Made by a program: the position numbers and the translations under genes | Assembly (NCBI GenBank): GCA_964016885.1 | Contig: OZ024746.1 | Span: 86,118,001 to 86,182,000 of the forward strand | DNA: 64,000 bases | Direction: 5' to 3' | Source: Eledone cirrhosa | Taxonomy: Eukaryota | Shown: one piece after another, positions 53,751 to 64,000 of the stretch | Layout: each line of letters starts with the position of its first letter | How positions within the stretch are numbered: position 1 is the first letter of the stretch | Notes under the pieces: generated by a model | Databases searched by the model: none | The model's input: the letters and a program-made list of their open reading frames with translations, nothing else | What the model was told of the DNA's origin: nothing

Positions 53751-54443
53751 ATAACACATTCCACTGTACTAAAAAAAGAAGAAAATACAAACGTTCCGCC
53801 CTTATGCGAATCCACTTGTATCTGCTCTTGCATTTGATACATTTAACATTTTGGATGATGGGAAAGCCGATTAAATCGATCCAAGTGTGTTACTGGCACT
53901 TGGGGAAAGCGGGAGAGATGGAGGCATAGACAGTGGGAGTTTGGTTCCTTTGTGTTCGGAACTGAGGTATGTATGTGTATATAAGACAGAATGAGTCTTT
54001 CCCACTACCTTTTGAATTAATCTACTCACTGGTCAGGTACACTTATTATCTACATATTACGATAACAATGAGAGAAAAAGGTAAATAATATCCTATCTAT
54101 TAACTCCGTAAGGATGAAAAGCAAAGCTCACATAGAAAGTATTTGAACTCAAAACGTAAAGAGACGTAACTATATGGCGCAAAGCATGTCGTCCGACGCT
54201 CTCACGATATTGCTAATCTTTAATTCTGTTGATGAAGTCTTGATATCGACGAATATATCGTTAAAGTTAGCTGCAAAATTTGTTATATAATGTGTTATTA
54301 AAGTGTAAAGTTTCTTTAATTCGTACATCGCTGGGGGAGAATGGTTTATGATATTCTAGATGAATAAATATATGATATATGTGTGTGTGTGCGTATATGT
54401 GTGGATATATGTGTATGTATGAACGCGAAAATATGTATGTATG

Positions 54444-54528
<85 letters not shown>

Positions 54529-54660
54529 CTGCGTGTGTGTGTGCGTGTACTACACACTGGATATGATAAACAAGATAACAATTTTTCAACAGATAACCAC
54601 AATCAACATTGTAAAAACAGGTGCAAAATCACTCAAACACACTCATATATATATATATAC

Positions 54661-54691
<31 letters not shown>

Positions 54692-54719
54692 CACACACAT
54701 ATATATATATACATAATAT

Positions 54720-54768
<49 letters not shown>

Positions 54769-54770
54769 GG

Positions 54771-54825
<55 letters not shown>

Positions 54826-55677
54826 TATTTTCCGTTGTGTTGTAATATAAATATTACACACAGTAGATTATCAGCTCACGTAGAGTTTGCTCGACGGTTC
54901 CAGTTGTAGTTCCAAAAGTAATCCGGAGAAAAATAGAAAGATTTGAATGGATACAGTTTAGTTGAAAGGAATTTATTGACACGTGTTTCTATAACAGTTA
55001 CATAACCTAAAACAGCTATCTACAAACTTTTAGTTATGCAGACATTCAATATTTCAATGTTATTATTTACTGTCAATTCATCAGAATAATATTACTGAGG
55101 ACCTATTTAGTTTTTATAGAGAATATTAGGAGGGAGGGGTGAAGTTGTTAGAAGAATAGTTGAAGGAGTGGTTTTTCGATAGCAGTGAGAATTCTTGGTG
55201 GCAGTGAGTAATTAGATTCCCATCTGTTGTTTTGACATTTTTTTTATGGAATATATTATTGGTTATTTTTCTAAATCTATAGAAGGATTAGAGATAGTAA
55301 AGATATGCGTGGTTGGTTTTGTGTTTGCACTTAACATTCAGACTTAAATTTTTCTTTCAAGTGTACGTATTCTTTCACCCACGCATTCACACACAAATAT
55401 ATTTGCACACCTCTACAAAATACATATACTCACAATTCACATATTCATACTTACATATATATACACATGCATACACATATATATACACACATGTATTCAT
55501 GTACATACATACGCGCTCATGTGTATACATTTTCATACTCAACTTATCTTTATATATACACACGTATAGACACACACATATATACATACATACTCTAGTC
55601 CATGTGTACACACATACGCATACATACACATCCACATACACATACATACATACACATATATATATACATACATACAT

Positions 55678-55722
<45 letters not shown>

Positions 55723-56039
55723 CCCACACACACACATATACACATACACACATATATATATATATATATAAGCACTTTAATACATGAATACACTTACATC
55801 TAACTATACACATCAAACATATATATATATTTACTTATTTATATACATTTTCACATATATATACATACTTATGGACGTTTTTAGACACATTCATTATCGC
55901 ATATTTGTACCTATTCTCATCAGCATATCTTTTCATTATTAGTATGGTAATTTAAGGTTATTAATATATGTTGAGAAGAGATTGTTTTTATATTTTTCTA
56001 ACTAGATTAAGGTTTATATAGTTGGGGGATGTCCCTCTT

Positions 56040-56277
56040 TTATGTAATATTCGGCTTGTAGTGGGAAAAAAGGGTTTTAGTTCTGTGACGGCAGAATAAT
56101 GTTCGTTCAATTCTGTTATTCAGCAGTTTCTTCTTGTGTGTGATTATGTAATAAATCTCAAGATTACACAATTTGCAGAAATTTTGGCTCCTGGAAAAGC
56201 TTTGGGTTTTAGCTAATTTTTCCCATTTTAGGGTAAACTTTTGATTGCTATCCCTGAGCGTCCAAGCTTTTTCTGCT
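56040..56277 (-). pseudogene. C-terminal fragment of PLE GIY-YIG endonuclease region (mirrored on + at 56278-56499)
   Basis: AEKAWTLRD...LKWEKL...CKLCNLEIYYII...LLNNRIE....CRH matches the W..K...I.W.I...C.LC..EK...LLN.R.E...CRH tail of PLE ORFs. Confidence 0.82.
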
Positions 56278-56816
56278 ACGCTCAGGGATAGCAATCAAAA
56301 GTTTACCCTAAAATGGGAAAAATTAGCTAAAACCCAAAGCTTTTCCAGGAGCCAAAATTTCTGCAAATTGTGTAATCTTGAGATTTATTACATAATCACA
56401 CACAAGAAGAAACTGCTGAATAACAGAATTGAACGAACATTATTCTGCCGTCACAGAACTAAAACCCTTTTTTCCCACTACAAGCCGAATATTACATAAA
56501 AGAGGGACATCCCCCAACTATATAAACCTTAATCTAGTTAGAAAAATATAAAAACAATCTCTTCTCAACATATATTAATAACCTTAAATTACCATACTAA
56601 TAATGAAAAGATATGCTGATGAGAATAGGTACAAATATGCGATAATGAATGTGTCTAAAAACGTCCATAAGTATGTATATATATGTGAAAATGTATATAA
56701 ATAAGTAAATATATATATATGTTTGATGTGTATAGTTAGATGTAAGTGTATTCATGTATTAAAGTGCTTATATATATATATATATATGTGTGTATGTGTA
56801 TATGTGTGTGTGTGGG

Positions 56817-56859
<43 letters not shown>

Positions 56860-57443
56860 ATGTATGTATGTATATATATATGTGTATGTATGTATGTGTA
56901 TGTGGATGTGTATGTATGCGTATGTGTGTACACATGGACTAGAGTATGTATGTATATATGTGTGTGTCTATACGTGTGTATATATAAAGATAAGTTGAGT
57001 ATGAAAATGTATACACATGAGCGCGTATGTATGTACATGAATACATGTGTGTATATATATGTGTATGCATGTGTATATATATGTAAGTATGAATATGTGA
57101 ATTGTGAGTATATGTATTTTGTAGAGGTGTGCAAATATATTTGTGTGTGAATGCGTGGGTGAAAGAATACGTACACTTGAAAGAAAAATTTAAGTCTGAA
57201 TGTTAAGTGCAAACACAAAACCAACCACGCATATCTTTACTATCTCTAATCCTTCTATAGATTTAGAAAAATAACCAATAATATATTCCATAAAAAAAAT
57301 GTCAAAACAACAGATGGGAATCTAATTACTCACTGCCACCAAGAATTCTCACTGCTATCGAAAAACCACTCCTTCAACTATTCTTCTAACAACTTCACCC
57401 CTCCCTCCTAATATTCTCTATAAAAACTAAATAGGTCCTCAGT

Positions 57444-57567
57444 AATATTATTCTGATGAATTGACAGTAAATAATAACATTGAAATATTGAATGTCTGCA
57501 TAACTAAAAGTTTGTAGATAGCTGTTTTAGGTTATGTAACTGTTATAGAAACACGTGTCAATAAATT
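57444..57567 (+). ncRNA. Type I hammerhead motif with very long (~88 nt) stem II
   Basis: ttatt-CTGATGA(57453)-...-GAAA(57548)-cacgt-GTC-aataa. Palindromic stem III (ACACGTGT). The inverted copy is at about 54970-55093 (-). Confidence 0.7.
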
Positions 57568-57598
57568 CCTTTCAACTAAACTGTATCCATTCAAATCT

Positions 57599-57667
<69 letters not shown>

Positions 57668-57672
57668 TATAT

Positions 57673-58334
57673 AGTAAAGATAGTAAAGAATCATCAGTAC
57701 TCCACCAACATGCTAAAATAGAACATAACGGCAAATTAGAGAACATAGAAATAAAAATAGAATCTACACACAGAAAAGACGCAATGTTTAGACAAATCAC
57801 AGAGGCAATAAACATAAATGAACTCCAACCAAAATTAAATAGAAACCATGAATGGAATAGCAACATCACAACTTATAATTAAGGACAAAATGAAAACACA
57901 CACACACAGAGAACAAACAACCAACCAGTAACATGTAAATAAACAAATAAATGAACGAATATAAACACACACAGACACCCGCATGTAACACATGCGCAAA
58001 CTAAGCACACAACACACACACAAAAACAAGATGGCGTAGGACAGAACAAAGGAGAGGCACAAAAACAAAGAAAAGAATCCCCAGTCACTGAAGAGGTCAC
58101 AGAATGTGTGACGAAAGAATTTTGACAATATATAAACAATCATCTGGTTGTGGAACCAACCAACCAACCGGAAATTTATAAATTCCTAAATTCCTAAATT
58201 TATTATAATTAGTTGAAGTGAAAGCAACTGGTGCGTGTGTTTCTTATTGGCAACATGACCCTCCCAAAGTATAACAATATCGGTTTCAACACACGTTTTC
58301 AGATAAAGAATCTTGCTAAACAAATTCAGAAACG

Positions 58335-58336
<2 letters not shown>
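57673..58336 (+). mobile_element. 5'-truncated PLE (endonuclease C-terminus + 3' UTR/pLTR)
   Basis: Frame 57673-57882 reads SVLHQHAKIEHNG...FRQITEAINI...KLNRNHEW*, followed by the hammerhead at 58084. Flanked by (TA)n. Confidence 0.8.
58084..58126 (+). ncRNA. Minimal type I hammerhead motif in PLE 3' UTR
   Basis: gtca-CTGAAGA-g gtcaca gaatg tgtgac-GAAA-gaattt-tgac. Stem I GTCA/TGAC. Lies about 200 bp downstream of a PLE endonuclease stop codon. Confidence 0.7.
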
Positions 58337-58401
<65 letters not shown>

Positions 58402-58420
58402 CATAGGTGTATATATATAC

Positions 58421-58517
<97 letters not shown>

Positions 58518-58811
58518 AATATACATATATATATACACCTATGTATATATATATATGAAGAGATATATATAAACATACAGATATATATATAAACATTCAT
58601 ATATATACATATACATACATATATATATATATACATATATAAACACACACACATATATATATGTATATGTATATATACATACTCATATATATATATATAT
58701 TTATGTATATATATATAGAGAGAGAGAGGGGGGGGAGAGAAAAAAGAGAAGAGAGCGAATGAAAGTAAGACATATATAGACAATACTTCAGTACCTATCA
58801 TACATTACACA

Positions 58812-59166
58812 CCCACCACCACCACTACCACTACCACCACCATACCACCACCATACCACCGCCACCACCACTACCAGCACCACCACCACCACAACCACCA
58901 CCACCACCACTACCACTACCACCACCATACCACCACCATACCACCGCCACCACCACTACCAGCACCACCACCACCACAACCACCACCACCACCACTACCA
59001 CTACCACCACCATACCACCACCACCACCACTACCACCACCACCGACACCACCGCCACTACCACCACCACCGACACCACCGCCACTACCACCACCACAACC
59101 ACCACCACCACCACCACCACCACCACCACTACCACCACCACCACCACTACCACCACCACCACCACT

Positions 59167-59197
<31 letters not shown>

Positions 59198-59520
59198 CCA
59201 CCACCACCACCACCACCACCACCACTACCACCACCATACCACCACCACCACCACTACCACCACCACCGACACCACCGCCACTACCACCACCACAACCACC
59301 ACCACCACCACCACCACCACCACCACCACCACCACCACCACCACCACCACCACCACCACTACCACCACCACCATCACTACCACCACCACTAAAGCCACCA
59401 TCACCACCACCACCACCACCACCACCACTAAAGCCACTACCACTACCACCACCACCACTAGCACCACCAGCAGCACCACCACCAGCACCACCACCACCAC
59501 AGCACCATCACCCGCCGCAA
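58812..59520. repeat. (CCA)n degenerate trinucleotide repeat
   Basis: Directly visible. Confidence 0.95.
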
Positions 59521-59656
59521 CACATATGTTATATATACATACACACACACATATATATATATACACACACACACAAACATACACTGACAGACATCATATA
59601 TATATATGTATGTATATATATATATATATATGCATGTATATATATGATTATATATG

Positions 59657-59689
<33 letters not shown>

Positions 59690-59740
59690 ATTTATATACG
59701 TATGTATATATATATACTATATATACATACGTACACACAT

Positions 59741-59822
<82 letters not shown>

Positions 59823-60129
59823 ATGTGTGTATAACGCAATAGAGAGGTCCTTTTATAGACGGTTATCTGTGTATCTCTATATAGGAGGGTGTTTATATAT
59901 CTGCGGTGTGTTTATAAATCCGTCCTCTCTATAGACTATCATAAGAGTAAATAAAAAGTACCGATTGTTTATTTACACAGACCTACATCACTAAAACTCT
60001 CTTACTAGCAAATATATTCAGTTTCTTACCAAGCACCACCACTAGTTAATTCATTGTTAATACATTACATCTTGCTTTAGGATATGTATGTATGTATGTA
60101 TATATGTATGTATGTAAGTATGTATGTAT

Positions 60130-60740
60130 TCATGTATTATCTCTTTCTCTTAATTTCGAGTATATTTATTTCACCGGCCACCTTCCTGGTGGCAAGGTTG
60201 TAAAAGAAAAGAAATTGTCATCCCTTGAATCGCAAGAATGTTTTGCAAATTTTGAAGGTGCCAACTATCGCAGCCATTTGCAGACTATGAATTAGGGAGC
60301 TGCGCTCTTTGTCCGCAAATCCAAGTTCAGTCATACGTTGGTCCAAGCGGGTTGGTATATAACCCGTAGCTCCAATAATGATGGGTATGAAGCTAAAGGT
60401 GTATCTTGGATACTGGATTTGTAAACTCCTCATCAATGGTCCGTAGATGTCCTCCTTCTCCTGTATTTTTCTGACAACGTTTACATCAAGTGGGCAGCTG
60501 ATATCCACAACGGAACACGTGTTTAATGTGAGGTCCCAAACAACAATATCAGGCCGGTTGTGCTTTAATTTGGTGGCAGTTTTTATTTTCAGGTTCCACC
60601 AGTATTCCTTAGTGCCATCTGTCTCAATATATTCTTCCTCGTTTGTTGTTAATTTTTTTTCCGAAGTGCGTTCCAGTTGGTTCTAGTTATCCCATCTTGT
60701 CTCATGGGGGGGTAGTAGCGAGATGACATTCTTTCGCAGC
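60130..60740 (-). mobile_element. 3' fragment of R4/Dong-like LINE with RLE domain
   Basis: Reverse frame reads YWWNLKIKTA..HNRPDIVVWD...VDISCPLD...K..EK...Y..L...IPIIIGATG (PD-D/ExK nuclease). Ends in (TACA)n. Confidence 0.85.
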
Positions 60741-61384
60741 TGGCAACAATGTGGCTTACATCCTCGATCTTTGTTTTACAATTCTAGCGACAAAAAGAAA
60801 CGTCGGCACATTACGTATCAAGGAAGCACTTTGGATCAAACGCCTAGGGCCACAATTAAACAACCGATCCGAGAGAAGCGAAATGAGGTGGTCGGTTTAA
60901 GTTAACAAGCGATGCAGCAACACACACACACACACACACACAGTAGCATTCCACCATACGAACATACTACACTGCCAATACAGAGGAACAAGGCAACAAC
61001 ACACGCACACACACACACACACTCAAGCGAGACAACTACACACGCACACACACACAGAGTAACATTCACCAAACAGGCAGAGAATTACTATGGACTGACA
61101 GCTAGCGCCACCCACTCCCACAATTGAAAGAACTACTTCGGCCGCTGACCACTGCTTGACTGACCCCATTTCACGCGCACGCGCACTCTGCTGAATACCT
61201 CATATATATATATATATATAATATATATATATTATGTAATACATAGATACATAGGACAGGTACAAAGCAATCAGAATATAAAGAATATATTACTTACATT
61301 ACTCATTATACTAATCCTATACAGCTGTTTCGAATCACAATGAACTCTCTATTATAAACACCTTCCAGTTCAGAGACATCCATA

Positions 61385-63672
61385 AACATGCATGGTATAA
61401 GGTGAATTAGTGGCAGCGATCAATAATTGATTTTGTTATTTTCTCTGATGTCTTTGATTCTGTTGTGGAGGCACGTATCAAGAGAGGGACTGAGCTGTCA
61501 ACTGATCTCCATCTAGTTATCTGCAGATTGAGATTACCTAAAGCCAAAGAAGCTCACAAAACTAAGGTCCAGATCGACCTACAGTATAAAGTGGGAAGTG
61601 TTGGTGGATAAGGAAGTCAGAGCCAGGTACGCATCTACAATTGCATCCAAATTCAGAGAACACCTTGAGAAAACTGAGAATGTTGACACGGAGTGGAGAT
61701 TTTCAGCTCAGCAGTCTCTGCTTCAGCTGTTAAATGCTGCAGGAGAAAGAGGCTTGTTGTGGTGCTGGTTAGCAGGAGGACTCCTTGGTTGAATCAAGAG
61801 GTCAAGCTTGGCATAGAAAAAAGTCCTCCCCCTTGCACTTGCGGTACAAGCAGGCACGAAGAATCGCAGCAGAGACAGTAAACGCGTCCAAATTTGAGGC
61901 ATAGGAGGAGTTTAGGGTTTAGCTGGAATCCGACTAAGCAGATAAAGTGTTCTGGAGACCACCCCCGACCCTATAATAAGAAGTCCTCCTCTACACATGC
62001 TATCAGAAACGCTTCAGGGATTCTCCTCTCTCCAGAGAGGTACATCCTTCCGAGGTAGATAGAATACTTTACTGATCCTCTAAACCCAATCACAACAGTA
62101 TCTTCTGATGCCATCGATGAATAATCTCTCGGAGGCTCAGATTACAAGAGCAGTTAAAGAGCTCAAATGTCACAAGGCCACTGGGGAGGATAACATTTGA
62201 CCCGCGATGTTAAAAGCCTTAAATAGAGAAGCTATTCTCTGGCCGATTCATGTGTGTCGGGTGACCTGGGTTTCTGGAAAGGCAATCGGAAGTGATAATC
62301 CCAATTTTCAAAGATGGAAACGGGAGAGATTGCTCCAATTAGAGAGGGGTCTAATTGTTAAGCCTCCCCAGTAAAGTCTATGCTAAGTGTCCGGCAAAGA
62401 GTTGCAGGGAGATTGTAAAGTCCAAGCTAGCTGATGAACAATCAAGTTTTCGTTCCGGACACAGCACAGCCGATCAAATATTCACACTGCGGTAGGACTT
62501 TGAGAAATCGTCGGAGTACAGCCAATAGGTGTATTCTTGCTTTGTAGACCTCTAAAAGGCATATGACCGTGTTTCACAGGACCTGATGTGGAAGACTGTG
62601 CAGGAGTAAGGGATCGATGGTCAGCTTCTCGTTGCCCTGATGTCTCTATATGGATGCCCGAGTAATTGTGTTCAGATAAACGGTGCTAACTAGAAACCAT
62701 TCAATGTGAGAGTCTGACTCCGCCAAGGGTGCATACTTTCACCCCTCCTGTTCCTTATTTTCATGAACAGGATTAATACGCGCTGCCGGCTTGGAAGCGG
62801 TATCACGACTGACGGGTGTAAGATCAGTTGACTGGAATTTGAGGACGACATGTTTTTACTTAACTCGACAGATGATGATCTCCGACTTGCACTTGATACG
62901 TTTTCTGTCGAGTGCTGAATGGTTGGAATGAAAATTAGTGCTGCGAAGACTGAGACATTCGTCCTCTCATGGAAGCCTGCGTAGTGCAACTCTACCTGAG
63001 AATGGAGTTCCACTGAAGCAGGTAAAGAAGTTGAAGTTGAAGTTGAAGTTGAAGTTCAAATTCAAGGCAAGAGGCTGAATTAAGTATTAGAATTGCAGGA
63101 GCTGGTGCAGTAATGCTGGTTCAGCATTCGGTAATCAGAAGAAGGAAGGTAGGTGTAAAAGCCAAACTCGCTACCTTAAAATCAATATTCGTGCCAAAGT
63201 CATGAATCTTGGGTAATGACCAAAATAATATGATCGCGAATACAAATGGCCTAAATGGGATTACTCCGAAGGGTCTATGGAGTAACATTACTCGATAGAG
63301 CGCATAACTTGGAGATCAGAGAGCCACTCCGGGTAGAGCCGCTACATCTCCGAATTGAGAGATCACAGCTCTGATATTACGGACATGTCTCAGGAAAGAA
63401 TCGCTGGACAGAATTTACGGGCAAAATCAACGATAGAAGACCCAGGAGTAGACCCCGAGCAAGATGGTTGGATAGCATCCGTGAGCTTGGCAGGTCTCAC
63501 TTTGGGATCCAGCCGGATCAGCTGGAGACGGTTGTTTCTGACAGGACTCGCTGGAAGCAGTGTTTGAGGACTCTACCTCGACGACCCTCTCAGGAATTAG
63601 TGAGCGAAGAAGAAGAAGAAGAAGAAGAAGAAGAAGAAGAAGAAGAAGAAGAAGAAGAAGAAGAAGAAGAAG
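61385..63672 (+). mobile_element. Decayed RTE-clade LINE with (GAA)n tail
   Basis: Remnant motifs IIDFVI...TDLHLV (APE), FVDL*KAYDRV, RQGCILSPLLF, FEDD, MGLLRRV.GVT. Many stops. (GAA)n tail at 63606-63672. Confidence 0.88.
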
Positions 63673-64000
63673 ACTATAAATCGTTTTCTGTGATAAGAGA
63701 GCATTAACTTCTATGAAAAAGATAATAAATGTATACAACTACTATTAAGTGACATAGTTAATTAATTACAGAAAGGTTAATATATAAATTACAATAACAT
63801 AAACGGAGAGGTCAAACATGTAACAAAGAAGATTAAATTAGATAAGAAAATAGACTGCCTAGCTGAACTAGAATCTTGGCTATCTTTAAAGGACCAAAAG
63901 GTAAACTTCTCAAATAACACTAATTCTAGATTAATAAATCTAATGAAAATAGAGAGAGTGGGTTGATAATCAGGGATATATTAAGATGGGCAACACTAGT

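Larger units (their letters stand above)
54933..57604. repeat. 2.67-kb near-perfect palindrome made of an inverted PLE 3' end
   Basis: Arms 54933-56261 and 56278-57604 with a 16-nt loop. The ORF track shows mirror ORFs (56040-56294 - and 56245-56499 +). The arms appear to differ mainly by one dinucleotide unit. Confidence 0.97.

Overview
AT-rich, repeat-dominated eukaryotic (animal) DNA. The SINE families and the very dense (TA)n/(CA)n microsatellites suggest a cephalopod such as Octopus, but this is inference. No host protein-coding gene could be confidently identified, and most ORF-track hits are microsatellite artefacts. The window holds one apparently intact full-length Tx1/L1-clade LINE (ORF1 with a zinc knuckle; ORF2 with APE, RT and a Zn motif) sitting in an (ATT)n tract, plus a 5'-truncated sister copy. 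It also holds a degraded Penelope-like element (PLE) RT, decayed RTE, R4/Dong-like and CRE-like LINE pieces, two tRNA-derived SINE families, several MITEs, a 43-bp minisatellite and a 120-bp tandem repeat. The most striking signal is a set of more than ten fold-back palindromes (about 60 bp to 2.67 kb). Most are built from PLE 3' ends and lie in (TA)n tracts. Many carry type-I hammerhead ribozyme motifs (CUGANGA...GAAA...UH) from several unrelated families, often one per strand, including long-stem-II and non-canonical-core variants. They share an asymmetric design: a complete 3' end plus a shorter inverted copy.
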